A DNA stretch of 64,000 bases, taken from sequence record KU726251.1; one strand, 5' to 3'. Positions 19,115 through 28,814 of this stretch are shown in pieces. The notes under the pieces were generated by a model. The model did not search any database and was not told where the DNA came from. It was given only the letters and a program-made list of their open reading frames with translations. A program made the position numbers and the translations under genes. Each line of letters starts with the position of its first letter. Within the stretch, counting starts at the first letter, position 1.

Positions 19115-19696
19115 ATGTGGCTACAAGGTAGCACGGTGTGGACGAAACAGACCGAAGGTAGCGGGGCACTCAGCGTATTCAAAGAATCGTTTTCGCTGTC
19201 TAGCCTGGCACCCGATCTCGTTGACCGTGTAAAAGAACATTGTCAGGACTTAATCTCACTGGAGCGTTTCCGTGAAACATTCAGTACCGCACGTAAGTTA
19301 CGTTATAGCGACGCGGTAGAGATGGTAAGACAGATCGAAGAGTTGGGTGAATTCCAGTTCGCCAATGCTGCTTTACAGCCATTCCTCGTTGCCATGCCGG
19401 AATATCGTAAGTTGTATAATGACGGTATGGCGACTGGTTATGAGAATGGCTTTTCGCGGTTGGATGTGTTCAAAGGGAATGCGTATATGCGTACCGATGA
19501 CCACTTCCGCGAAGCAACATCGGGCATTTCGACGAAGTACGATGAAGATAAGATTTGGCAATGGGCTACCAATGAAGATCGTGCAGTACGACTGAGTCGA
19601 ATCGATAAAGTGGATATTCAACTTAACTGGGCACGCATGTCAGCTTTCGACTGGGAAGATGGTGATCCCTGTTCGGAACTTGGCGCGACGTGTTAA
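19115..19696 (+). CDS. hypothetical protein
   Basis: AGGAG RBS, 193 aa. Confidence 0.75.
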   Translation: MWLQGSTVWTKQTEGSGALSVFKESFSLSSLAPDLVDRVKEHCQDLISLERFRETFSTARKLRYSDAVEMVRQIEELGEFQFANAALQPFLVAMPEYRKLYNDGMATGYENGFSRLDVFKGNAYMRTDDHFREATSGISTKYDEDKIWQWATNEDRAVRLSRIDKVDIQLNWARMSAFDWEDGDPCSELGATC

Positions 19697-19702
19697 AAAG
19701 AT

Positions 19703-19725
19703 GGGGCTTCGGCCCCTCTTTTTTT
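19703..19725 (+). terminator. intrinsic terminator
   Basis: GGGGC-TTCG-GCCCC + T run. Confidence 0.8.
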
Positions 19726-19777
19726 CTTCACTGGGGGCTGTATGCAGCATCCTACCTTGAATTTGACAGGAGCTAAC

Positions 19778-20164
19778 ATGATTGCGGTAGGAACCTTATC
19801 CACACGTGGCTGGGCACGTACACCCCAGGAAAAGGCGCGTGAGTTGATGAACCATTACACCGAGTCTGGCTATAGCCAATCGGTGGTTTATCGTGGGAAC
19901 ATTAAATCACTTGCGTATACGCAAGCTGTGTTTGCACAAGATCCCGACGGGATGGTTGCCCAGATTAAAATGGATTTGGAGAACCTCTACGGGAACGTAT
20001 TTCCTGCTGGCGTTGAAGTTGAAACCAGCTGGGAGTTTTTAAAAGATTCAGATGTGCGCTACCGCATCTTCATTAGTGTCCGTGTGCAAGAAGTTGTAGA
20101 CGGTGAATGGTACGATGTTGAGCGGTACGTGGATACCGAGTCGAGTGCGATTGAGGATATGTAA
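19778..20164 (+). CDS. putative virion protein, possibly gp25/gpW-like baseplate wedge
   Basis: AGGAG RBS before ATG 19778; TATG at 19741; fold is inference from size and C-terminal beta pattern. Confidence 0.55.
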   Translation: MIAVGTLSTRGWARTPQEKARELMNHYTESGYSQSVVYRGNIKSLAYTQAVFAQDPDGMVAQIKMDLENLYGNVFPAGVEVETSWEFLKDSDVRYRIFISVRVQEVVDGEWYDVERYVDTESSAIEDM

Positions 20165-20838
20165 TGAGCCAGGAACCTACATTTAACGGTGTACCGTTAA
20201 GTCAGATGAATGAGCAGATGCGCTTTGAGTATAACAAACTCAAAGAGATTGAAAAGGATTTGGCGGAAAGCCAGAACGTCTGTAGCGTCTTCACCGAAGC
20301 ACAGTTCCGACGTCAGGGCTTACCACTGTTGTCCGGGATGCTTGATGGTACTTTTAACGAAGAGACCTGGACGGCTTACGTAGGAAGTCCATTTGTACCC
20401 CTACAGATTGTGGACGATGCTGATAATAGCAAACTGCTATTTACCATCCCCGCTCTGCTGAACACCGGCCGCTCGTTAATCACCGTTGACGGCGAACCTT
20501 CCCTCTCTGATGAGACTGAGTACATCCGTCGTCAGGTTGATGTGATTGCAACCGTCGGTGAAACCCAGATGTACAAGATGATCGATTACACCCTAACCGG
20601 GATCGAAAATATGTCTCTGGCTGAAAATTCAGTTCGTGCGAAGTACATTATTGACTTGCTGAACTGGATTTTCCGACGCTACGGTGTGGGTGGTCAATTG
20701 CCATATCCGGAAGGGTTGGTTGAATACGTCGATAAAATTACCGGCGGTAAAAACACGGCGACAGCTGCAGAGACTTCGGCGCAAGCCCCAGCTCAAACGC
20801 AGCCAATCGTAGGGATCGGTGATGGAGAAGATTACTAA
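20164..20838 (+). CDS. hypothetical protein
   Basis: GAGGA RBS, TAATG overlap. Confidence 0.75.
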   Translation: MSQEPTFNGVPLSQMNEQMRFEYNKLKEIEKDLAESQNVCSVFTEAQFRRQGLPLLSGMLDGTFNEETWTAYVGSPFVPLQIVDDADNSKLLFTIPALLNTGRSLITVDGEPSLSDETEYIRRQVDVIATVGETQMYKMIDYTLTGIENMSLAENSVRAKYIIDLLNWIFRRYGVGGQLPYPEGLVEYVDKITGGKNTATAAETSAQAPAQTQPIVGIGDGEDY

Positions 20839-21970
20839 ACCTCCTAAGAAACCAGAAGGTGTTAAGCGCCTTTTGAACACTAACGATATCCATTTATTGC
20901 ATAAACGTGTGCCCACTTGGCACATCGTGGATGTGATACGTGAGGTACTCATTAGCTGCGAAAATACGCTTGACGCCTTTTATATAGCAGGGGATTTATT
21001 TGATGATTCCCGACATCTTCGCCAGGAAGATTCTCAAGAAGCTGTGGGCTTCTTGACGTGGTTGCTCCAGTGGTCTAAGGCCACCAATACCGCAGTTCGC
21101 ATCGTTGAGGGAACACCGTCCCATGACCACGGCCAGTCCAAAATAGTTGAGTCGCTGAACATCAGTATAGGCGCAGACTGTTTGTATTTGGCAGGGATCG
21201 GGATATTTTACGATCCGGCTCTCGATGCGACGGTAGGTTGGGTGCAGGACGAATATAAGGCTGCTGGCGTCGATGAAATTAATGCCGCTGCCACTGAGGC
21301 AGAAATGGCAGAACTGATGGCGACACGAGGCTTGGAGAAGTTAGACTTTATCTTCATGCACGGCTGCTTCCAGTTTCAACTCCCTGTCGAGTCCCCTCGT
21401 TCTTTCCACGAGGAGTTCTGGTTGCCGAGAGTCAAGCACCTGATATTTATCGGGCACGACCATCGACCCAAGGAATTAGACAAGATAAGAGTTGTAGGTA
21501 GTCCTGAGCGACTATCTCAAGGTGAAGAGGAGGACAAAGGCGTAGCTCTTGTCGATTTCACCGATACGGTTGCCAGGGATTATTTCCTGGTTAACCCACG
21601 CGCGTGCCCGCAGAAAAAGATTCGGGCACAGGAAGACTTTGATGCGCAGTTAGCAGCTTGTCTTTCTGCATTAGAATACATCGACAATCATCCCTCGTCC
21701 GCTATTGGGCGATTTGAGGTCGAGTATTACGCAGGTTCACCGATGGCCGAATACGTCAGTCGGTGGAAAAAAGAATACACGTTCCACATTTCTGGAGAGC
21801 GTGTGCGCTCCTCTGAAGAAGAGGAGTTGTTAGTGAAGAGTTTTTCGAACGAAGCCCCAGTGTACGAAAAACCTACTCCTGAGAACTTCGAACGGTTGGT
21901 TCTCGAAGAGCTAACATCAGTGAAGTACGACCCTGATGTTGTTACTGCAATCATTAGGAAAATAGAATGA
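20819..21970 (+). CDS. sbcD: SbcD/Mre11-like metallophosphoesterase nuclease
   Basis: DIH, AGDLFD, EGTPSHD, FMHG and GHDH motifs. Confidence 0.85.
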   Translation: MMEKITKPPKKPEGVKRLLNTNDIHLLHKRVPTWHIVDVIREVLISCENTLDAFYIAGDLFDDSRHLRQEDSQEAVGFLTWLLQWSKATNTAVRIVEGTPSHDHGQSKIVESLNISIGADCLYLAGIGIFYDPALDATVGWVQDEYKAAGVDEINAAATEAEMAELMATRGLEKLDFIFMHGCFQFQLPVESPRSFHEEFWLPRVKHLIFIGHDHRPKELDKIRVVGSPERLSQGEEEDKGVALVDFTDTVARDYFLVNPRACPQKKIRAQEDFDAQLAACLSALEYIDNHPSSAIGRFEVEYYAGSPMAEYVSRWKKEYTFHISGERVRSSEEEELLVKSFSNEAPVYEKPTPENFERLVLEELTSVKYDPDVVTAIIRKIE

Positions 21971-22803
21971 ATCCAATCAGTGTTGATCGCACTTTCGGGT
22001 TCTATTCAGTGTCGATCGCCAGTTCGCTGGCGTTTGAAGGTCTGCTGCATACCGGCGAATACGCCGACTGGAAAGGCGAATTGCCTATCCATTCCTATCA
22101 GGAAATATACCTGAATCTCCGGACATTGTTCCGTAACGCCTTCTATGCGTTTGAAGAGAATAGAGAACGGTTAACACCCGACGTGATGCTAACATCGATT
22201 GAAGAAGATATTAATAATCTTACGGCTACCGCGAGAGCGGTAGCCCCTTCGGTGTTATGCGTTCCGTACCTTTGTAGCTATCGTAGCGCTAACAAAGTGT
22301 TTCCCGAAGCCTCGTTCAAAAACATTGCAGGCGGTCAGGATAAGATGACGCCAAACCAGCTGCACTATAATGCACTGGAACACGACACCTTAAAGATGTA
22401 CGGTGAGAAACACGAAAATGACTTCCGTCAATTCGATGTTTTCCCAGAGGGTAGCCGCGACACACTGTTACTGACCCACATGCCAGCTGATCTCCTGGCA
22501 CGTAAAGATTTCCCTAAACTGGGTTTGTTGGAATCACATACCGGTAAAGTGAAAACGCAGCTGGAGTGGTACACCAAACTTAACGGGAAACCCCAACATA
22601 TTCCGTTTAACAAAGCGTTCCTGACGTTGTTTGGCGACGGGATAATGTTTTCACCCCTCGATCGCAAAACGCGTGGGGTGGTGTTAAAAACCGCAGAGAA
22701 GTACAGCTGGAAACAGGATACCACAATGGACCGTATTTATAACTGTCTAAAACTGGTGAATGAGCCATTTGTAATTGAACTGCTCCGCAGGCTTATGAAG
22801 TAA
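21967..22803 (+). CDS. conserved protein, possible FEN/5'-3' exonuclease-like fold
   Basis: IYLNLRTLFRN and LLLTHMPADLL loosely match FEN/PIN motifs; next to SbcD. Confidence 0.5.
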   Translation: MNPISVDRTFGFYSVSIASSLAFEGLLHTGEYADWKGELPIHSYQEIYLNLRTLFRNAFYAFEENRERLTPDVMLTSIEEDINNLTATARAVAPSVLCVPYLCSYRSANKVFPEASFKNIAGGQDKMTPNQLHYNALEHDTLKMYGEKHENDFRQFDVFPEGSRDTLLLTHMPADLLARKDFPKLGLLESHTGKVKTQLEWYTKLNGKPQHIPFNKAFLTLFGDGIMFSPLDRKTRGVVLKTAEKYSWKQDTTMDRIYNCLKLVNEPFVIELLRRLMK

Positions 22804-22805
22804 GT

Positions 22806-22834
22806 TAAAATTTACGTTAGTGGGACATCATGTG
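22806..22834 (+). promoter_or_regulatory. AAAATTTAC-N15-TGTG candidate promoter
   Basis: TTAC 22812-22815, TGTG 22831-22834. Confidence 0.45.
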
Positions 22835-22868
22835 TGAACCACTAGACTGCTTTTCCGAAAAGGATGAA

Positions 22869-23525
22869 ATGATGATTAACCAAGAAATTTTCAAAGACAA
22901 ATGGCTTTACCCGCAGACCGAACCGGATCAGCAAAACCGTACGCGTAAACTCAACATTGAACCGAATGATTTCAACGGTGATGTTGAAACTATGAAGTTT
23001 AGCTACTCTTTTGGTAAGGGCGAAGGTCTCTATTTCTCTGCACCGATTACGGTTTGCCGTACCATTATCGAAGCTCTGCAGGATTGTCTGCGTAAGAGCG
23101 AAAAGAGTATGCTGAAGTTTACTAACGAAAACGGCAACAAACCGCCCGTTAGTCTGATTGTTGGCCGTGAAGACAACCTGGTACCGTTCATCGCTATTGC
23201 CGGTGAAATCCAGGGCGTTGGTGCCCGCCAGAAGAAGTTCTACTTCTCCTACCCGAAAGGTTTCCGTATTTTCCGCGACGGCCAGCAGGTTTCTGATTTA
23301 GAACTTGCTGAGCGCTGTGCACGTGCGTTTATCACTAACTTCGAGAAGTTCTTACAGAACCTGGAAGAGAAATATAAGCCGCGTGAATTCCAGCAAGGTG
23401 GTGGTAGCTTCGGTCGTGGCGGATACGGCGGTGGCCAGGGTGGTGGTCAGCGTAGCGGCGGCGGTTATCAACAGCAACAATCTGCACCTCCAGCAACCAC
23501 TGATTCTTACGACGAATTCCTCTAA
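22869..23525 (+). CDS. chmC: ChmC-like nucleus-associated nucleic-acid-binding protein
   Basis: Two genes before PicA, directly before the sigma-like subunit; G/Q-rich disordered tail with acidic end; AAGGA RBS. Confidence 0.65.
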   Translation: MMINQEIFKDKWLYPQTEPDQQNRTRKLNIEPNDFNGDVETMKFSYSFGKGEGLYFSAPITVCRTIIEALQDCLRKSEKSMLKFTNENGNKPPVSLIVGREDNLVPFIAIAGEIQGVGARQKKFYFSYPKGFRIFRDGQQVSDLELAERCARAFITNFEKFLQNLEEKYKPREFQQGGGSFGRGGYGGGQGGGQRSGGGYQQQQSAPPATTDSYDEFL

Positions 23526-23544
23526 GAAACAAAATAAAAAATAC

Positions 23545-23564
23545 GCCCAAGGGAAACCTTGGGC
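23545..23564. terminator. GNRA hairpin, terminator or processing site
   Basis: GCCCAAGG-GAAA-CCTTGGGC preceded by an A run. Confidence 0.55.
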
Positions 23565-23610
23565 TATTAACGCTTATGCGTGGTCCTGCAACACACACTG
23601 TAAGAAGATT

Positions 23611-23633
23611 GAGATAGATATTATCTCAGTGCA
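23611..23633 (+). promoter_or_regulatory. early promoter motif
   Basis: GAGATAGATATTATCTCAGTGCA. Confidence 0.65.
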
Positions 23634-23660
23634 ATCGACTATTCGCGGAGTTCAACTATA

Positions 23661-25295
23661 ATGAAAATTACGAAGATTAAAGACCGGATGACAATCGAGC
23701 ATCATGGTCAAGAGGTCTCATTTATTGGCTTACGTTATCGGAAGGATAACAACGCACCCGACTACATCACTGTTAAAGGTAAACAGATTGCACGCGACAA
23801 CATTCTCTTCATGGAATTACAACGCGTGTGGGATTATTTAACGCCAGACGAACAAGATGAACTGTTCATGGCGTATCTGATGCTGGACGAGCTGGCAAAC
23901 GAATCGACGGAAACGCAGCGTAAGCACATGCCGAAGATTGTGCAGACGATTGCGAAGTTCCACAAGGCCGAAGTGTATCGTAAGCTGTATCCCATCGATA
24001 AGCTGTGGATTCCGCAGAACATGGAAGATACGCACGATGAAATGAACAGTAATTATCCGGAAGCGATGACGTACATTCGTCCGGACTATTACGAGTTGTT
24101 GATACTGGTCCTGATGATTAAACCGTATATTCCGGTGTTCCTCACCATGGGGACGTTCCCGATAGGTAAGAACTTGCCAATCGAAACACATCGGAAAATG
24201 GTGTACAATCTGACATACTGTCTGGAGATGCTTCAAGACACAGAAGTCATGTCTTTACCTGCTATTCCGAAACTGCGTGGGTTCCTACAGACAGTGATGG
24301 AAAAGGTAGAAAAAGAACTGGCAAACAAAGGTACGAACAGCACCAGTTTGTCGGTACTGGCTACGGTGCGGGGCTATGGCACGGATATGATGGAAGATTA
24401 TATCCTGGCGTATGCTATTATTAAATTGTTGGCTGTCCGTGAAGTCGGTGGTGAATTACCGGTTGAAATCATGGTTAACAACAATATCGTCACCGGCATG
24501 TATTTTCTGGTTAAACAAGAGATTGAAACGGGTTTTGCAAATAAAATCTCTAACCAGCCGGTGCTGTTAAAAGCGCATCCAGAAAGTGTGGTATTCAATG
24601 GCGAAAAGGGTAAGATAAACGCCATGGATTTGGTGCAGGCACGTTCTCCTGCCCAGATGAAAGAATACGTCCGTACCGAGTACGTATTTAAAGAATACCG
24701 CTCTTTCTTGAAAACAATGCGTCTGGATAATGCCGCTCCAGCAGATGTTAAGTTATTGATTGATTCGCAACTGGCAACACACGACGGTCCTGTCTATACG
24801 TTGCACGAATGGTTAGTCGCATTAGCACTTCATCGTAGCGTGCATTATAAGACGTATACCGAATGTGGACCAGAAGCGTTTCGCTACGGTATGGCATTGG
24901 CGCAGGCAACTTATCTCAATTATGGAATGTATGACGTTGCGCAACTGTTAAGTTGCAATATGGTGCGTTCTGAGATGTCTGCCGGTTATGCAGCCGACCC
25001 AATTCGATCTGAACTCAAAGCAGATTTAGATAGATATTATCTTCAGGAGTATCGCAACCCGCGTAATCTCGAACCGCAATCTACACCACGGGAATCACTG
25101 ACCTTGTTACACAAGGATCACATCAACCCGTATCTGTTCCATCTCAGGGCTACACCAGAAGCAGCTGCGCTGCTGAAGTGTGAGACGGATCAGCCAAACT
25201 ATATACCTCACTTGTCACTGCACAATAGCCTGGCGGAGTTTATGGTGTTGAATGCACGTCGCAAGTTAGAAGAAGTTGAATGGTTTAATTCTTAA
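23661..25295 (+). CDS. nvRNAP sigma-like promoter-specificity subunit (phiKZ gp68-like)
   Basis: 544 aa; synteny in ChmC-gp68-gp69-gp70-beta block; early promoter upstream. Confidence 0.7.
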   Translation: MKITKIKDRMTIEHHGQEVSFIGLRYRKDNNAPDYITVKGKQIARDNILFMELQRVWDYLTPDEQDELFMAYLMLDELANESTETQRKHMPKIVQTIAKFHKAEVYRKLYPIDKLWIPQNMEDTHDEMNSNYPEAMTYIRPDYYELLILVLMIKPYIPVFLTMGTFPIGKNLPIETHRKMVYNLTYCLEMLQDTEVMSLPAIPKLRGFLQTVMEKVEKELANKGTNSTSLSVLATVRGYGTDMMEDYILAYAIIKLLAVREVGGELPVEIMVNNNIVTGMYFLVKQEIETGFANKISNQPVLLKAHPESVVFNGEKGKINAMDLVQARSPAQMKEYVRTEYVFKEYRSFLKTMRLDNAAPADVKLLIDSQLATHDGPVYTLHEWLVALALHRSVHYKTYTECGPEAFRYGMALAQATYLNYGMYDVAQLLSCNMVRSEMSAGYAADPIRSELKADLDRYYLQEYRNPRNLEPQSTPRESLTLLHKDHINPYLFHLRATPEAAALLKCETDQPNYIPHLSLHNSLAEFMVLNARRKLEEVEWFNS

Positions 25296-25307
25296 GGAGT
25301 ATTTAAA

Positions 25308-27007
25308 ATGCAGCTTGTAAATCTACTGATGTATCCGGTCTACGATGTTCCAGAGCAAGTTCGTCGCCGCATCGGCTTTAACGCATCGACGGGTGCACTG
25401 GATGACTTAGCAGCAGCGGTTGAACTGGGCGGGGAAAAAGCTGTGGGAACACAGCAGTATCAAGAAGCATTATCTGCCATCGTGGGCTTCGATGCACCCA
25501 GAACGGTTTTGAGCGTCCATTCATCAACGTGTCCGATGATGACAATCGTCCTGTACAGTTCCAATGGGAATCACGTGATACCGGTATCTTTAACTTCGTG
25601 GCGGTGTTTATTGCTAAACCTCTGAATGCAACACGCACTCAGGAAACGCAATACATCGTCTCCGGTTATACCAGCCAGGCAGAAACCAGCCTGGGTAGCC
25701 TGCTGCCGGACGATATGGTGTTGTACATTAACGACATCTACGGCTTACAGGCAACGTATACACACGATGCCCTGGGCGGCAAAACATTGAACCCAGACTC
25801 ATTCCGTCTACTGGATAACTACGTTTTATCGAAAGCGCTGTCTGTTGAAGGTCAAACAGAAAGTACGGTAGATATCATTTCGATCGCGAAAGCAGCGGAC
25901 ATGGTAAAACGTATTGAAATGAATAGCGGTGAGAAGTTCGTCCCAACGAGCGACTCTGTGCTATCCGCAACCAGTAGCTCTGCACCACAGTTGATGGTAT
26001 CCCAACTCCAGCGTCCAGAAAACTACGTATCTGCCATCAGTAATGCGTATCTGGCAAGCTCTGGGGTAGATACCGAACTCGGTAGCGTGGAAAGCTTCTT
26101 TGCAGGTAATAACTCCATCGGCGTTGAATCTGAATTGAAGCAGCGTGGTGTTATCCGTAACTACAGCAACCACGAACTGATTGCTGCGATGCGTCAAGCA
26201 CTCCAGAACGGGATGTCTGATGTATCTGGCGGTTGGAAAGCAACCAGTAAGGCGACGTTCCGTTTGGCTGATTTGCGTAATGCGATTGTCAACCCAATGC
26301 GGTTGGATGAATGTATCCGTGAATCGCTGGCGCTGGCAAGTCGCCGTGGGTTGGGTGCAGGGCTGGTTAACCAAACCGACCACTGGATTGGACGTAACGG
26401 CTTTTCTACTCAGGGTAGTCTAGTTGCGTATGATCTGGCTATGTCTATCGGGCCGATTATGTCACGTAACCTGATTGGCGAAGTGAGCTTTGTCTTTGAT
26501 AACCGCAACACGGATATCATGATAGAGCCTACGCTGGAAGTTATTCCTAACTCAGTCAGCAGCATCACACATCATCAGTTACCTGCTGCATTAGGTCGTC
26601 GTTTCTTGCAGAACATGAAAGAAGCGATGGTTCAGGTTACTAAACATAACCATATTCGCTGTCACATGCTGGTCACCGCATTGTTGGGGACCGTTACTCG
26701 TATTGAAATCCGTGTCGACGACGAACCGCTGGAATATTACACCTACGCGTCGTTTATGCAATTCCGTCTCCATACCGGCAACACCACCGATCTCAAATAC
26801 GTTGGTGAGCTGGCACAGAATACTGCAACGCTGTTGAAAGCCGTGGAAGAAGGTTATACAGAATTCGAGAAAGGCCAAGGCCGGGGTCGAATGCTATCTA
26901 ACATTCCAACTAACACAGGTGGCTTAGATCCTCTTGGAGGTCTTGACCTGGGTGGTGGCTTAGGCGGTATAGGCGGAAACGGACTCGGCAACGGTCTCAT
27001 TGATTAA
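25308..27007 (+). CDS. picA: PicA/Imp1-like phage-nucleus import factor (phiKZ gp69-like), split by an apparent 1-nt deletion near 25498
   Basis: About 566 aa joined (…GFDAPQNGFERPFINVSDDDNRP…); synteny; Gly/Leu-rich tail. Confidence 0.65.
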
Positions 27008-27019
27008 GGATTATTAACC

Positions 27020-28387
27020 ATGAAATTGATTGAATTCTACCGTTCGTTTCTGACCTCTCTCGGATACGGATTCGAAGGTGACATGTTGACTATCGATGAT
27101 GGTCATCCGGCAATGTTCACCTACAACAAAGTGAAGCGCCGCTTGGTGCTTCCAACTGCAGCGATGATTAAGCGTGGGTTGGAAGACGATGAAGGTAGTG
27201 AATGTCATGCGTTCCACCCACTGTGTGAATCGGTACTGGCTGGCGAATCTGGAACGATTCGCTTCCTGAAGAAAGCCATCAACGCGAACCTCTTCCTGAA
27301 AAGCTTCGAGCTAATCGATGCGATTTTGGAAACAGCAGCCGAAGGGAAGAATATCCGTCTGGCAGCGTACAAGAAGTTTTTAAGCGATGTGGTTTGTGCT
27401 GACCTGAAAGATCCGACGATGGATAAGAAACTGGTTCAGAGCTGGCAAGCGGTGAAGAACTACGTTTACGGTTTGCTGGAAGAAGATAAAAAGACAAAGA
27501 TCACCAGTATCTTCATCTCCAGCGATATGACCATTGAAGGTATCAAATATATCCGCGTGGCGAACTACAAACACATGTTTGAAGAAGAGTCACTGGATGG
27601 TACGGCAACATTCTTCGGTGCCAAGCTCCAGCGTAAGCAGGATAAGGTCATTATCTTTAACCTGCTAACTGCAGTGTTTGGTTGGTATCCTTCGGTTACG
27701 GGTTCTAACGATCCGCGTCCGTACTTCGGTTCTTTGGCACGCGGTTGGGCACAATACGTGACCAACTACAATCAAGTGGTTCGTGGTCTGCGTGACCACA
27801 CTCCACTGCGTCCGTTAGAAGAAGAATGGATTGGCCAACTGGATAACATGAGCGTTTATGATAACGTTATCCAAACTCTGCCGTATAATACCGGCCCACG
27901 TAACGATCAGGCAACAGACACCACCGCAACGGATTTCCGTATCGGGCGTACACCTGCCGGTACAAAGCCGGTCGTTGCTTTAGCTTCTCAACAAGCTCCG
28001 CAGGAAAATCTTGATCTCAACGATCCGGTAAACTATTTCCGTGCGAAGAAAGCGCAACAGGCGTCTTCGGCTAATAGCTTCAATGCGTTAGCACCGAAGA
28101 TTCAGGAAGCGCTGCGTGAGAACAACGGCCATTTACCGAAAGGGACAATTAAAGAGCTGTCTCTCGGTGAAGCGCTGCGTGGTAATGCGGTGACGAAAGA
28201 AAGTGGTCTGGGTTCTGGTTTGCTGGGAAGTAGTAATAATCTCTTGGGGGGTAGCACGCAGTTGGGCGGCGGTAGCACCAACCTCTTAGGAGGGAGCAGT
28301 GACGTGTTAGGTGGTCTGGGTGGTTTAGGTGGCGGAAGTGGCAGCAGTTTAGGCAACCTACCATTCTCATCAGCTAATTTACGTTAA
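27020..28387 (+). CDS. conserved core protein (phiKZ gp70-like)
   Basis: TAAGGA RBS; FHPLCES motif; long LGG-rich tail. Confidence 0.7.
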   Translation: MKLIEFYRSFLTSLGYGFEGDMLTIDDGHPAMFTYNKVKRRLVLPTAAMIKRGLEDDEGSECHAFHPLCESVLAGESGTIRFLKKAINANLFLKSFELIDAILETAAEGKNIRLAAYKKFLSDVVCADLKDPTMDKKLVQSWQAVKNYVYGLLEEDKKTKITSIFISSDMTIEGIKYIRVANYKHMFEEESLDGTATFFGAKLQRKQDKVIIFNLLTAVFGWYPSVTGSNDPRPYFGSLARGWAQYVTNYNQVVRGLRDHTPLRPLEEEWIGQLDNMSVYDNVIQTLPYNTGPRNDQATDTTATDFRIGRTPAGTKPVVALASQQAPQENLDLNDPVNYFRAKKAQQASSANSFNALAPKIQEALRENNGHLPKGTIKELSLGEALRGNAVTKESGLGSGLLGSSNNLLGGSTQLGGGSTNLLGGSSDVLGGLGGLGGGSGSSLGNLPFSSANLR

Positions 28388-28397
28388 GCGTTAGAAA

Positions 28398-28425
28398 GAA
28401 GGGACTGGGCGTCCCTTCTTTTTTT
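28398..28425. terminator. bidirectional terminator
   Basis: GAAGGGAC-TGGGC-GTCCCTTC + T run between convergent genes. Confidence 0.75.
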
Positions 28426-28748
28426 CAAGATTCTACGATAGTCGATAAGATGTTACTTACCACACCGACACTAGGAACCAATAAGGTTCTTATCTCTGGC
28501 GTGAAATCAAACGGAGTAGAAATTCCGTTCATTAACATCATCGGATAAATAATACTATTATCGTACTGTTTGAGACGACAGTACGCGTAGAAACTGTGTA
28601 CCTCTGGGTAGGCATATTTTGGGTCAACAACTTCTTCTGTAGTATCTGGGTGTTTGCGAAGGAAGTCTGTATAGTCATGCAACACCTTATACTTGGTCGA
28701 ATCAGGCGAAGGTATTATTTCGGATAAGGTAGCAAATTTATCTAGCAT
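28425..28748 (-). CDS. small protein, possibly T4 gp53/LysM-like baseplate component
   Basis: IIYPMMLMNGISTPFDFTPEIRTLLVPS resembles gp53-type pattern; GGAG RBS. Confidence 0.5.
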   Translation of the reverse strand: MLDKFATLSEIIPSPDSTKYKVLHDYTDFLRKHPDTTEEVVDPKYAYPEVHSFYAYCRLKQYDNSIIYPMMLMNGISTPFDFTPEIRTLLVPSVGVVSNILSTIVES

Positions 28749-28768
28749 CGTCTCTCCTTAAAATAAAA

Positions 28769-28791
28769 CAGATAGATATTATCTTACCGAG
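28769..28791 (+). promoter_or_regulatory. early promoter motif
   Basis: CAGATAGATATTATCTTACCGAG. Confidence 0.65.
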
Positions 28792-28814
28792 GTAACCAAA
28801 AGGAGCATTTACGA

